DNA of 64,000 bases. Origin: Octopus sinensis. Taxonomy: Eukaryota. The notes under the pieces are model-generated. The model was not told the DNA's origin and made no database searches. It saw nothing but the letters and a program-made list of their open reading frames with translations. Both the position numbers and the translations under genes were made by a program. The stretch covers positions 131,254,001-131,318,000 of the forward strand of contig NC_042997.1 of NCBI RefSeq assembly GCF_006345805.1, in the 5' to 3' direction. Position 1 is the first letter of the stretch; the number at the start of each line of letters is the position of its first letter. Positions 33,500 to 47,740 of this stretch are shown in pieces.

Positions 33500-33775
33500 C
33501 CACCTTGGTAATGCATGCACATGAAGGGTGCTGGTGCCATATAAAAAGCACTGATGCTGGTGCCACATAAAAAGCACTGGTAATGGTGTCATGTAAAAAG
33601 TGCCCAGTATACTCTGTAAAGTGTTTGGCATAGGAAAGATATCCAGCTGTAGAAACCAAGCTAAAACAGAAAATGGAACCTGGTGCAGCTCCTGGCCTTG
33701 CCAGCTCCTGTCAAGCCATCCAACTCATGCTGGCATGGAAAACAGACATTATGATGGTGATGAGAAACACAGCAT
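33500..33775 (+). mobile_element. SINE with AGGAAGGGCATCCAGC-type central domain (degenerate)
   Basis: GTGCTGGTGCCA..AAAAGCAC repeats, AGGAAAGATATCCAGCTGTAGAAACC, CATGCTGGCATGGAAAA tail; related pieces at 32270-32430, 52420-52590, 57925-58160 and 63700-64000. Confidence 0.6.
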
Positions 33776-34912
33776 GATATTGTCCTAAGCAAGTGAGATA
33801 GAATGGTCATGGCTGGAATGTCTTTGACCATGTCTGGCTAGAAATCATGCCACGACAAATACAGGAATTGAATGGGCAATGATGAATTTATATCCAGTCT
33901 GTTAGTCCTATACTATTCATTATTGCATGTTGGAATAAACAGTATAATCCGTAGCTAGGCATAGGCATGGATTAATTAGATGACTAATTACACTCCATCA
34001 GGCTGCTTGATCAGAACTGATGTGGATCTACACAGGTGAGGAAAGGTCCCTTTTAAAGAGCATGTCTCTGCCAATCATTTAAATAATGAAATTATTGCAT
34101 ACAGTGCTCAAGGTGCACCACAACTTATCAAAAGTGTGTATAAAGCACATGCAGTAATGTACAAATGTCTGGGAAGTGAACAGTGTATGAGTCAGATACA
34201 TGCTTGCATGTGTATGGAGGGGAGAAAATCAGGTGTAGTGTTGGTGAATCTCAGGAAGCATGGAAGTTTTGAAGGATGCAGTGCTCCGACAACTAACAAC
34301 TGATGCCGGCAGTTTGTTCCATGCTTCAGCAACTCTTAGTGTGAAAAAATGTTTCCGAAAGTCATGAGAGCTGTGCTGTTTTCTGACTTGGTAAACATAT
34401 CCAAGGGTGTTAGACAGGTGGAGTTTGAAAAGGTGCTTAGAATTATTGTTTGTAAGATGGTTAATAATTTTTGTATAACATCTTCAATGATTTCTTATTT
34501 GCAATGACATAAGACTACACTGGTGGAAATAAAGATCTCTTTAAAGAGAATATTTTTGTCTATCATTTGTATAGCCTCTTCAATGGCTTCTCATTTGCAA
34601 GCTTCCCCTAACACCACAACCAATCATTCCTCTCTTTTGAAAACATCTTTGCTCAGGCATTTCCTTCCCAGAATTGTCTCTCTCTCTGCATATTCCTTCC
34701 TGTACTAACTTGAGTTAGTTCAGCTAGTACAGTCAGCCTTCACTCCAGACAAGAATTACCTGCTGAATGTAAAATATAGCTCATCTAGAAAAGATCCAGA
34801 ATGGCCAAGAGGAAAAGACTTCTAATTTAAAATAATATTGAAATGAAATTTTTAAACTTTGGATAAAATTATAATTGAACACAACTCTTACTCTTTCTCA
34901 TATCTCCCTCCT

Positions 34913-34964
<52 letters not shown>

Positions 34965-35691
34965 TACTCAGTCTTCCTGTTTATTTTCTAACCCATTCAT
35001 TTTCTCTGCACCATCTTGTCTTCCACTTTTTTCTCTTCATTCACCCTGCACTGTGAGCACTCTTACACAAGTACATGTGCATGTGTATACATACACACAC
35101 ACATACCTACACACTTATACACTGATGCAAGAAAGAAGTCAGCAATTATACATACATGCAATTTAACTGACGTATAAAACGAACAATTGTTTTTAATGAA
35201 AACCAGATGTATTTACCAGAACTTACAGAATCTTGTCTGAAAATACATTTAGTATCTTCAAACCAAGAACATTTGAGTAAGAAAAAATGTACATCCTTCG
35301 AAGTAGATCTGCTTAACTTGTTACATTCTGTAGTAAGTTTCTTTTTTTTTTTTTTACCTTGTTTGATTTTACTAGAATGGTCTTTGTTGTTCTGAATTAT
35401 CTACCTGCACACCTACTCTGTCTCTTCCCCTTGTTACCTTATTGTCTTATCTCATAGAGCCTTCTCCAAACACTTGCCCTGATCTTTCCTCTTAGATCTG
35501 CAACACTGTCATTCTCTTCCCATCCCTGTTTTCCTTGCAAATAGAAGACCTACAGATGTTTAAACTGAGCATTAATTTCACCAATTCCCTCAGCTAGACA
35601 TGACCTGCAAATGTTACGAGCTTGGTTTCTCTCTTCAGTTCAAGTAAAATTGCCCAGAATGTCATAATGACATACTTTTCTTCATGTAACT

Positions 35692-36258
35692 AACTAGTAC
35701 TATGACTCTGTGTTGCTGGGTCTAGTGCTAGTCAAGCATATTTGGTCTTTCGTGAAAATCCCGCTCTCTTGTCGTTCATTTGGTCTAACTCGTTAATTAT
35801 TCCCTGCATTTCTCAAATCAAAAATGCACGCACGTTTGAAAGCCAAAACACATGATAACGCGTCTTCGCAAAACACAAATGCACTGAGTCATACAGACTG
35901 TCTGCAAATGCGCATGCGCATTCAACTGTCAAGAGTAAAATTATCTCCGTCCAATCAAAAAACAGCTGCCAGTCTATTGGCGTATCTAGCTGTATGCACG
36001 CACTGCATACAGATTTCTATGTTTTAGCGATTTTGAATGGATATGCCCATAACTTATGGGCATAAGGGGTTGGTTTATTGATTATTTTTTTAATGACTTT
36101 CTGGGGTGAATGGGGAAATGAAAAGATTTCCACGACCACCCTCAGACAGTTTTGAAAGCCCATAGAAAATGCGAGCCTTTCATGTGAAAAACTGTGGATT
36201 TATATGAAGGACACACAGACACAGATACACAGACATTTTGCTGTTTACAGAGATAGAT
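35692..36258 (+). mobile_element. HINE/Helentron-like non-autonomous element
   Basis: AACTAGTAC start, CpG-rich interior, ..GGACACACAGACACAG..ATAGAT end. Confidence 0.5.
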
Positions 36259-36693
36259 ATTCCTTTTTCCAGTGGTCCAGTGGTGTTAAACTCATGATAA
36301 AGCTGCGGGTCAACTGGGAAGTGCATTGTGTCAGTGTGCACAGTTTTCATCTCGTGTTACTCCAGTATACTCATTTTCAAATGAGTACTAGCTTATTGCA
36401 AATGCCATGTCCTCTCCTTCCAGCTTTTACTCCTTCAATATTCTGCTGGGTCAAGGGGTAGGAGGGTAAAAAAATGTATATGTATGTCTGTGGCAACACA
36501 AGCATCTAAAACAATCACAAAAACTTGATGTATGTTAGTTGATCATACTTATTTGCAAGTGATGGCTTTGGCTTTTGGCCCTGGTTAACATCTTTTGTTG
36601 AAATAAAAGCAATTGATAAAACCTCAATATAAGACCAGTTTATTTACCTTGATAATTATACCTTTATTTCACTCCATTTGCAAAGACTTAGTA

Positions 36694-37150
36694 CAGGTCA
36701 TTATTGACTTACGACCTACCCTACTTACGACTCACCGACTTTATGATGATTGGCATGCTAGCTCCCAGCAGCAATAATAAAGAGTCCAGTTGAACGCTAA
36801 AGGGCTTAATTTCTTAGAAATTAACTCGTCTGTGGATGATGTCAGCTAACAAACGTCTCCCCTAAATTTGGTTATTGGTCACCACTGTGTTGGATGACTA
36901 TCCTGTTGCAGAGACATCAAGGCAACCTCGTATTTGTTTATAAGATGACTGGTTGAGACTCTGAAATTATAGACTAACGCCAGTATAATAGTATAATAAA
37001 GAATGCTGTGTGTGACTTTTACCTGAGAATGTACCTTAATAATGTAAATATATAAAACAAAGCTATGTAGTCCTATAGACTGATTTACAACCAAATCAAC
37101 TTATGGCCAGTCAATTGGGACCAATTGTTGTCTAAGTTGACAACGACCTG
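36694..37150. mobile_element. Tigger/Tc1-mariner-like MITE
   Basis: TA|CAGGTCATTATTGACTTACGAC .. TCTAAGTTGACAACGACCTG|TA; TA TSD. Confidence 0.75.
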
Positions 37151-37387
37151 TATAGAGTAAGATCAAATATATGTAAGTTCACTCCTCTGATTGGCAGTCC
37201 TCAACAATCTATTCTCTGGACTGCAAACAGTTTCCTCACTTGGTTTTTTTTTCTGTAATGGCCTCTGCATTTCAGTACTGTCAATAGAAACAGTGTCAAA
37301 TTAAAATATCCATTGCTGAAAAGCCAGTCTGCTGTATTCCTTGCTAGTTGTTGAAACAATTTTCATCTCTCTTTGATATCTATTGAA

Positions 37388-37473
37388 TTTGATCACAGTA
37401 CCTCCATAAAGAGGTACTGTGATCAAAACCACCATTGTTTTACTAATGTTTGTGACGGTACTGTGATCAAAAC
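37388..37473. repeat. Perfect 17-bp hairpin plus a third arm copy
   Basis: TTTGATCACAGTACCTC-CATAAA-GAGGTACTGTGATCAAA; GGTACTGTGATCAAAAC recurs at 37457-37473. Confidence 0.9.
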
Positions 37474-37583
37474 TTGCTTTTCAGCTATGCATTTACATTG
37501 ATACATAGATGGCTATTTTTTTTTTACTTAATACTACTTCTGTTACATATGATGGATATTGTGTGTGTGTGCATGTGTCTGTA

Positions 37584-37616
<33 letters not shown>

Positions 37617-38873
37617 ATTTACTTTTATTTTTTGTGTTCTCATTTTCTGGTTATTTATATTGTAAAACCCATTTTCTTAATTTTTCCAAAAATATCATTT
37701 TAAATCTATGTGCTTACCAAAGTTTCCTTCCTCATTCATTCTCTACATGACCTTGTGGTTCCCCACTGTCACCTATATTCCATTTACTATCTTTAAAGTT
37801 CCATTTCACTTGTTTCAATGCATAAGAAAACAACTACAAATAAAGTACAAATTTTAAAGATCAATTTATAATCTTAATTAATCCCCTGCTAAATTCTATT
37901 TTTATGGTAATGTTTGGCTGTGAGGAAAAGAACAAGGAATGTGTCCTGTATATTAAGATGTTGATTTTTGTCAAACGAATGACGTGGCAACTCAATACAT
38001 GTTTTGGAGCGTAATTTTGTCTCAAGTTTGATACATTTGCAATTGTTGGATGTGTAACTCTAGTCACAATGAAGAAATGTGTGTGTGTGAAGAAATCTGG
38101 ATGAGCACATAATTTAAACAGTATTTTGTAATTTATTTGAGGTTTTGTAATGTGTAAATGTTTTGGAAAAAAATACTTTGCACAATATGAGGTGGGAAAT
38201 AAGCAAAGTATGTAAGATGATATCAATAAATGGAAAGCAAAGTTATTGGATTACCTTACATTGGTTGTTTAATGAACCTATTATATTTTGGGAAAGTTTC
38301 CCTATTTCAAATAGAAGAAAATGAATTTGGAGCATTGTGTTGTATTTAGTGAAATAGAAATTATGTGGTGTGAAGAATATTTAAATTACAATTAAGCATT
38401 CTTAATATTGAAATTTCACCAAAAAAGAATACTAGATGAGAATACTAAATGATCACAACTTAACTAAAGTGATTTTTTCTAAGTATAATTGTGTGATTTG
38501 GTTTTGAAGGCTGATCTTTGAGAAAAAAGAATTTTTCCTCCAAGTTAAAAATCACTAATTGTTTACCCCAAGGTCATCTCTGGGTAGATTTATTATCAGC
38601 TTAGCCATAACTACCCTTTCTTTTTTGTATTTTTCTGAGATGTCTCTTAAAATGGTACAGTGTGATTTGAGGGAACTATTGCTGGCTGTGATTTCTAGCA
38701 GGTTGAGGCTTTCATGTTGCTCTGAAACACCATTTGTTTAAAATTGCATGCCAGGTTTATATTTGTTTGTGCCTCAACACTTATATTTAATAATATACTT
38801 ATTCCTACAAATCCTTTCAGATATTTGGTTACACACACACACAAATGTGTGCGTGTGTGCATGTGTGTATATG

Positions 38874-38906
<33 letters not shown>

Positions 38907-39443
38907 ATAAATATGCAAACCATCCTTGTTTTACTTATATTTGTAATGAGAGAGGCGTATGTATATATTGTATTGAGATTGATTTGAGCAAGTAGAAATG
39001 CCAACTATTTTCAGGAAAATTTCCAAAAAACATGAATTTATTGAGTGGTAGTTTGGCTCCCTTTAAGCGCTCAGGCATTTTTATATCTATTTTCATCATC
39101 TTTATATTTATCATTGATTTTTATTTCATAATATTTCTCAAAATCTTTACCACAACAGTTTTTATCGGTTTCTATGATTTTCTGTTATCAGTTGGAGAAA
39201 TCTATATTAAGATATTTAAAAACTTGATTCATATCTTGTGAAAGCTTTATACTAGCTTAAGATGGTGTTTGAAAATTGGCATTTGTATGTTTGGCCAAAT
39301 TAGTAAAAACGCTGGGGGACTTTCTTGTTGCTTACTTCTTTAGCATGAAGACTGGAAGCTGTTAGATGAGTGGACAATATAAGTCTAAAGACCCATCACA
39401 ATGGGCGTATGAAGTAACCCAACAAAATCTCTCATTCGTTTTA

Positions 39444-39663
39444 TACTCTTTTACTTGTTTCAGTCATTTGACTGCGGCCATGCTGGAGCACCGCCTTTGG
39501 TTGAATCAAATTGACCCCAGGAGGACTTATTCTTTGCAAGCCTAGTACTTATTTTATCGTTCTGAACCACTAAGTTACGGGGACCTAAGCACACTAGCAT
39601 TGGTTGTCAAGTGGTGTTGGGGGGACAAACACAGATACACAACATACACACAGACACATATAT

Positions 39664-39723
<60 letters not shown>

Positions 39724-39884
39724 ACGAGCTTCTTTCAGTTTCTGTCTACCAAATCCACTCAAAAGGCTTTGGTTGGCCTGAGGCTATAGTAGAAGACACT
39801 AGCCCAAGGTGCCATGCAGTGGAACTGAACCTGGAACCATGTGGTTCGTAAGCAAGCTACTTACCACACCGCCACTCCTGTGTC
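39444..39884 (-). mobile_element. Main SINE family A copy
   Basis: Full-length reverse-complement pattern. Confidence 0.9.
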
Positions 39885-39944
39885 TATGCCTTCATAAAAT
39901 GAATGAAGATAGATTACAAATATTTTAATTAAATTAAAGAATAT

Positions 39945-40388
39945 TTCTCATGGAGCAGCTGACCTAGAAAAATTGAAACTTCTCTCCAAAGTAAGGAAAG
40001 AAAAGATATGCAACATCTACATATGGAAGATTCTGGATGGCAAGTACCAAACTTTGGTACTGAAATCTCTACAAATCCTTAGACTGATCACCTTGCTTAG
40101 TACCAAAAGTTCTGCCCTGCCTTTGCTTCTTCAAGGTCTTTGAACTGTAATAGCTTGGGTTTAAAAGGAATACTATTTTTCAAGAGAAATATATACAGGA
40201 TATACATGCAAAGATAATTCAAACAGCGCATAGAAATTACACTGTGTACTTTCTTCATTACTCCATGAAACTGACATGAGGGCAATATCAAATTCCCTGT
40301 TTCACTAAATACCAAACGCAAAGGCCTCATGATAATAACACAGGGGCCCCAGTATAATTTAAGGTAGACAGCTGAAACAAGTAAAAAT
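39945..40388 (+). mobile_element. Old 3' fragment of CR1-like LINE
   Basis: AGATATGCAAC..TATGGAAGATTCTGGA..CCAAACTTTGG aligns with the RYAVIYIWKIL..PNLG region; ends ..GGCCCCAG..GCTGAAACAAGTAAAA. Confidence 0.6.
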
Positions 40389-41206
40389 GCAATACCAGAA
40401 TAAACTGCAGTAGTTTTTTAACTTAGATTAGTTGACTAAAGTGGAGAAAACATGTGTGAAAGGTAGAGACAGACAGTTTTGTTATTGTTGCTCTTGTTTA
40501 GTCAAACATCAGAACCGCCTTGCCTCACTGCATTGGAAATGCTTTCCAAAGTTTGTAAACAAACAAAGCAGAAAATATTAGTAAAAAAATACATATACAC
40601 GATTACATTGTTTAGGAATTGCTTTGCAAGATTACAAAAACAGCAAGGTATTTTTGTTAGCTCTTGTCTTCAAATGCATTCAGCTCCTTTCAAGTATGCT
40701 TATAAGCATGACTTATTTCATTAGGCATCAAGGCTGCTAAAATAAACATACTAAGGGCATACTGCTAATACATTTGAATACTATTTCAGTGTGTGTCACA
40801 TTTCTGGATTATATATGGTGGGCCAAAAATTGCAAAGTCTGAGTGCATATTGCAATCTGTGGGTATAATCTGGTGGTCTCAGCTGTTAGTGCCAACTGCA
40901 ATTTCATATGGCCTGCCAGCATGGAATATGGATGTTAAATGATAATGATATATAATACTGGGGAATCCCATAAATAATGTGTTTTTTTTATACTTTTATT
41001 TTTCAAAATTAAGATTACCAACATGTATTTGATAGCATATCAGATGCACCAAAATTTCAGCACTGCATTTTCAGGAGAAAGTACACCAGGGACAAAATTA
41101 GCTTGTGGGAGGCCTAACTTTGTATATAGGACCCTGGTTGATTTTTAGCTATCATTTTTGAGATATTTTATGGGGTAAAAAAGCACATCACATATATAAT
41201 CAAACC

Positions 41207-41348
41207 ACTAGCATAGCTGGGGACAGTAGGGGCGGTCTGATCTGGGCAGCTCTTTTGGGTCTACTATAGGCAATGTTTTTTTTTAAGGGGTCCAGGGGTG
41301 GCAAACAGAAGGGCCATCTTGGGTGGCAGATACTCTAGCTACACTAGT
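41207..41348. mobile_element. Short hAT-like MITE
   Basis: ACTAGCATAGCT / AGCTACACTAGT TIRs (CpG-decayed). Confidence 0.5.
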
Positions 41349-41731
41349 ACCCAGAACCAAGTTTGGATTCCAAACCTTACACAGTGTTCATTAGTGGCAG
41401 AAAGTCTACATTTAGAGGTTCAGTTTTATTTATTTATTTACACTGCGGTTCATGTAAGATAGAAATGAAAAGAGGCAAAAATGAATTCAAACAGTGGTTA
41501 TACTGTCAGGCTAAAATAATGTTATGTATGTAAACTTCACACAATACTCTCCTGGTACTGAATTTAAGATTTACTATAATTTAAAATTTGTATAAGAGCT
41601 TATATAAATAAGAATATATTTTACAAAATACATTGATGTTAAAATATGAGGTATTTTATAGAGTATCAGTCTAGCAATTATATTGAATGAGGAAGATGGA
41701 ATAGTAAGTTGCACTGAATTTCTCAACTGAG

Positions 41732-41797
<66 letters not shown>

Positions 41798-41943
41798 GCA
41801 TCTGACTGTGGTCACTGCAACATTGATATTCTTCCTTGTGTTCGTGAAAGTTTTATATCTCTGCTGTAAGGCTTCATTTCCACACACACTAACTGAATTC
41901 AATTCATCCCCAGTCGAAAGACACCTGTTGTTATGTCCTGTTG

Positions 41944-41978
<35 letters not shown>

Positions 41979-43086
41979 TGTATTGCATTTTGTATTTATA
42001 TTCATGTAACATTGTCTGTTTTTGCGTCCTTGTTTTCGTATACATTCGATGCTTTCCTCCAAGGAATCTAATGCTCTTTGCTTAGTTTTTCCTTGGGGCT
42101 GGCCAGATTGGAGCAATCTCAAGATTAATCAGCTGAAATTGCGAGGATGATCCGGTTCTTGACTGAGGATAGGAAGCTTCGAATGACCCGTCCTTGGTTT
42201 TTTTGTATCGTCTATCTGGATGTTTTGTTGTCCCTTTTTGTATCACCTAGTTGTCCGGATGCTTTGCGTTCTTGTCCCATTTTGTATTTTATATATATAT
42301 CCACTTCCTTATCTTGATATTTAGTACTTTCCTGCTTATACTAATCCTATAAAACTGTGTATGTGCATATATGTGTATTTATGTGAAGGGAGACAAATGG
42401 AACACATAAACCCATAAGTCTCTCCTGACTTAGTTATGTGGTCATTAACCTTAACTAGTACCCATGTTGATATCTTCCTTTTGGTTCACTCCTTAGATTG
42501 CAGCTATGCTGGAGCACAAACTTGAAAATTATTAGTTGAATGAATCGACCCCAGTACTTATAGCTTTTAAGCTTGGTACTTATTCTTGGTCTCTTGCTGA
42601 ACTGTCAAGTTACAGGGGTCTAAACACACAGACACCACTTGTCTAGTGGTGTGCAGATGAAACACACACATACACACACACACACATACAAACACACATA
42701 CACACACACATTTATTAGGTTGTTTCACATGAAATGTCACATTCTTAATTACTTGTTATTTCAATCATTTAAAAGCTCAATTGCATTTAATCTTGACTCT
42801 TTTACGTTCCCAACAATATTACTATACTAAATTTGTACCCACAGACCTTATGAAAAGGATAACAACCAAACTATGTTGAGTGATTTTATTCTAACAGGAA
42901 AGAGCATTCATACACCATTGAAATTCTTCTGGACCTGATATGTAGGATTGAAGGAAGCTAATAGATGTTGTAATTATTGTAACAGACGAGTCTGGCTAGA
43001 TATATTAATTAGGATGGTGGTTTCAGTAATGAGTATTAGTTTGGGAGGATAAACTTATCTGTCAAGTTAGTTAATATTCCTTGTGT

Positions 43087-43330
43087 AGGCACGCGACTTA
43101 GTGGTTAGGATGTCAGCATCATGATCGTAAGATTGTGGTTTTGATACCTGGACCGACGACACGTTATGTTTTTGAGTAAAACACTTCATTTCACGTTGCT
43201 CCAGTCCACTCAGCTGGCAAAAATGAGTAACGCTGCGATGGACTGGCATCCCGTCCAGCTGGGGAATACATACGCCATTGAAACTGGGAAACCGGGCCCA
43301 TGAGCCTGGTTAGGCTTTAAAAGGGCACAA
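43087..43330 (+). mobile_element. tRNA/CORE-type SINE (family C head, different tail)
   Basis: GACTTAGTGGTTAGG A-box; TTGAGTAAAACACTTCATTTCACGTTGCTCCAGTCCACTCAGCTGGCAAAAATG shared with 7530-7600 (minus). Confidence 0.75.
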
Positions 43331-44515
43331 AAAAAAAGTTAATATTTCTTAGATTAATTGCTGTTTGGCCCTAGATCCGGCAGACCCATGTTCAAAATGT
43401 TCCAGGTATGACCAATTTGTCTTTTCATTGAAACAATTCTTCTAGGATCATATCCATCAATGTGCATATCTTTTTATTAATTCTTTTTTTAATGTAGTAT
43501 ATCTGTTATCCTTTTACTTGTTTCAGTCACTAAACTGTGGCTATGTTAGGACACCAATGAAATTTGAAAGGTGGAATCTGTAGTAGGTTGTGCAAGCATG
43601 CAGTTTCCCTTGTTGGTTTGTTCTTGGATGAGTTGCTATGTTGTGAAAGCTGCAAGTTCTTGCAGTTCTTGGATATTATTAGTCCCAGGTCATCTTATGA
43701 CTAAGGGCATTCCTGTTGTGACCAGCCTAAATTTAAGGTTTAATTAATCAATGTCCCTTTTGATTAAGATGGTGGTAGGGCATGAGTTATTTTTTCTGCT
43801 TTTTCGAGTAGATTAGTCAACTGCATAGAAACTCCTTCAGTGTAGATCATCTTTGGATAACTAAGACATAGAGATAAATGAAATGCTAGCAGCTCATTCA
43901 GATTTTATGGCTTCTGCTACAGCTAACAAGATTAACTAACATTCAAAAATTAATATTATAGCCTGGCAGAGATGTATGTCAATGTGAAATGATGATGATA
44001 ATAACAATAATATAATAATTGGCAATGAATGTATGTAGACGCAGTTGGATTTTTAAAATACAATTGGAACGTATGTTTTCTTTTTTTTTTTTGTTTTTTT
44101 GTAATAACATTATCCGAGATATTTTGCGTCTATTTTTATTAACAACATAAATGCCAGTCATTTTCAAACAATTTGAGCAAGAGTTTATGATAAATTGAGC
44201 CGCTGAACTTCTCGGAAACTTTACATAATTTAGTGCATGCATATCTTTGTATATATATATATATGCTATATATGTATGAACATGTATGTATATATGTGAG
44301 CGTGTATATATTTGTAATCATATGCATTTGTTTTGCAGTGATATCCAATTTTCCTTAGTTTGTAGGGTGGGATAGTCTTTGTTCTAGAGTAATTATGTCT
44401 ACAGCTAATCATTCCTTGCTGAACCACTTTGACTACTGTAAAATAGTCAATGACTAAGTTTTTGGCCTGACAAATGGCTTTAAATTCCACCCCAGAACAA
44501 GAAGTGAATGGCTGT

Positions 44516-44714
44516 TGTTGTTAAGCAACAAGACGGGTAAGGGTGATTAGGTGATGGTCTAGGGCTTAGGGGCGGGAGACCCCAGACCTTGGAAAAAAAA
44601 CAACTTTGGTTGTCTTGTAGTCAAGGGCTCTTCATTGACACCCAACACCACTGGGAGGTGGCCCTCAAAGTTGCTGGAAATAGAGATCTCCAAGTTCCAA
44701 ATTCTTGAATGGCA
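44516..44714 (-). mobile_element. ~200-bp GC-rich retroposed element with (AAC)n tail
   Basis: 11-bp TSD TGAATGGCTGT (44505-44515 / 44715-44725); second copy at 51838-52043. Confidence 0.8.
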
Positions 44715-44968
44715 TGAATGGCTGTAGTAAAGCTTTGAGCTTAATACTAAAACAGTTAATATTCTACAATCTTAGCTGACCACCCATAAAGCCTCAGTCG
44801 GTAAAAAATTACTACATTATGTAAAAGTATTGTAGTTTGCTTTCAGCACAGTAGAACATATTGAAAACTTGTATTATAGATGAAAACAGCAATGCAAACA
44901 GAAAATTATATATAAAAAATACTAACAAAGATATTAAAATGTTAACTGAAAAATATTTAATTAGTCAT

Positions 44969-45361
44969 AGGAGTGGCTGTGTGGTAAGTAGCTTGCTTAC
45001 CAACCACATGGTTCCGGGTTCAGTCCCACTGCATGGCACCTTGGGCAAGTGTCTTCTACTATAGCCTCAGGCTGACCAAAGCCTTGTGAGTGGATTTGGT
45101 TGACAGAAACTGAAAGAAGCTCGTCGTATACATGTATATATGTATGTGTGTATATATGTTTGTGTGTCTGTGTTTGTCCCCCCAACATCACTTCACAACC
45201 GATGCTGGTACGTTTACATCCCTGTAACTTAGCGGTTTGGCAAAAGAGACTGATAGAGTAAGTACTAGGCATTCAAAGAATAAGTCCTGGGGTCAATTTG
45301 CTTGACTAAAGGCGGTGCTCCAGCATGGCCACAGTCAAATGACGGAAACATGTAAAAGAGT
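44969..45361 (+). mobile_element. Main SINE family A copy
   Basis: Full-length pattern. Confidence 0.9.
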
Positions 45362-46259
45362 CCTGATGTACTGAGTTAAAAACTCATTTACAGAGGCTTT
45401 ACTGATAGAATAGACATGAAAATTTAATCTCTCTTGTTCTTTAATGCCTTTGGAATGGGTTTTTTTTTTTCACTTAAAATATAATTATTTTTAAGGCAAT
45501 ATTTCAATATTTCTTTTTGATATTTAATCTTCTATCTACATTACTATGACTTTATATATTAATTTTTATATGTAAAGCCATTTGAATACAAAAAAAAACA
45601 ACAAAAGTCTGAGAGACATTCATCGTTAATTTTAGGTTGATGCTTAAAGAGGGAAAGATGTTATAGAGTAAAACTATGTTTAGGACAAAGTCCTTCATTG
45701 AATACTAGACGTAAGTCTAGGGAGTGGAAAAGAGAAGAGAGGTAGGAAAAAAGCACATATGGGTGACATTCACATGTTTGAACTCTAACTGGAAGTGCAA
45801 GAGGTAATTGTGCCTTTAATGGCAAGGGAATGCTTGTTGGTTTTATGTGTATGTATGAGTTATGGTCCCACTCTTTCAAGCCTCACAGACAGACAGACAC
45901 AGACAGATAGACAGAGAGAGAGAGACAGACAGAAAGAGAGAGAGAGAGAGAGAGACTGACAGAAAGAGAGAGAGAGAGAGAGAAAGAGAGAGCGCGAGAG
46001 ATCTGGATTTCTAAACTGGAAAGTGGGTGAGTTTAACACAGTTCAAGAAATGAAGTGATCTTGTTTAGCAAGAAGTGTAAATTGTAATATTTGGGCAAGG
46101 TTTTCCATTTCTGTCATTAAACAAGATCATATATACACATTGGCAATTCATATTTCACATTTCTTTAAAGTAGGATTTCCGACAAAACATCTAACGATCT
46201 TCTCATGACTTATCAATTTACTACAATTTATCAGTCTTTTTGAACTTATTTTTACCAGA

Positions 46260-46325
46260 GGACACCTTTCCCTTGATATCAATAAATACAAAGATCTAGA
46301 TCTGGAGATTTCCAGAATGATGTGT
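46260..46325 (+). pseudogene. Tiny remnant of R4/Dong-type endonuclease
   Basis: INKYKDLDLEISRM resembles LSKYKDLEIEITRM in ORF 10370-11185. Confidence 0.45.
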
Positions 46326-47740
46326 AGTTATAGATTATTGTTGTTTGGCCTGAGGTCTTCCTGAGTGAGCTGACCGATAATCAAATGTTAAAAGCCATGA
46401 TGATTCTGTCTTTTATTAAAATTATCTTTGAATCAAGGACAACATTAACCTGAATGCATGCCTCTTACTCTTTTTCCTACAGTAGATCTGACTAGAGTGA
46501 GTTATGGTTGCTTTTTGTAATAGGGGGAGAAAGATATGAATGTAAGATATGAGAGGCTGTGAAGGTATATAATTTATGTTTATATGTTTACATGTGCTTA
46601 AGCTTCAATTGTATATTAATAAAGTAAAAATGCTTAGAGCATATTATTTTTATTTAAATAACATTCCTGTAATAGTTTAGAATTCGGCTTAGAAAATTAC
46701 CCATGCACTTCCAATATGTGTGTATTAGTGTATATATAAACTCTGTGCATGCATTTATGTATGAGTGCATGCTTGCGTATATACATTACTCCTTTCAACA
46801 ATATGCAAACAGCTTGTATATTTTACTGCTGTACCTTAAACCGTTTTTATCATGCTTACATTGTGATGTCAGAAAATGTTACCATGACAGCAAAAGAAAC
46901 CTCTCCCTTACCCTCTTTTTTACCTTTTTTTTCCTCTTCCTCTTTCAGTAGACTCTATTTATAGAATTACTGGTTCCCTCCCACAATCATCCCTTACTAC
47001 TTATAAAATACTGTCTGTAATTTTTCTTGCAAAAAGTTACCATAAGAGTTAAAGAATGGGGGTTAGGGATGCAGAATCAGATGAAGTATTGCCCTCCACA
47101 GGGATCGTAATTGACTGGGAAGCACTTTATTTATTTTGGTTATCTATGTAATTAGGTTTGTTTAATATTTACATTATTTATTACGTATGATCCTTAATAA
47201 TAAAATACTTCACCCAGTATTTGCTTCCTTGTTTCATTTCTTGATAACTTTGTTTATAGTTACCAAAGATTTTTTTTATTTTTAATTATTTTATTTTCTC
47301 TTACCTGTGTATGTGCCTCTCTCTCTCTTTTCAATCTCTCATCCTTCATCTTGTTCACCTCCACCCTGTTGCTAATTAAATTTTGCTCCCTCCTACCCTG
47401 CTGTACAAGATGCTATCAAAGTAATAATTTTGCTTCTTGGTATCATTATTAAAAACTGATGTGTGGGGGACAAGGCTTGTTTCCTAATCCATCATCACTT
47501 CCTTCCCATTCATTTATTCACGCATCTCATTTTTAAGATTAGAACTTGTCTTCCACTCACTTTTGTTAAAACCCAATTGTAGTCAGAAACTTAAAGATGA
47601 AGGAAATACTTGAAACATTGTTATACTTGTAGATCTTAAAGCTCTTTAACACTCACACACTGTTTATATTGAATGCAAGACGTGACTGTCAGTTCATGGG
47701 GTTTGAGTTTGGTGTAGGTATTTTTTTTTGTTTCTTCTAG

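Noticed and set aside
42160-42190. CTGAGGA..GAAGCTTCGAAT hammerhead-like motif in a repeat
   Set aside because: GAAT instead of GAAA, and no proper stem II or stem I geometry.
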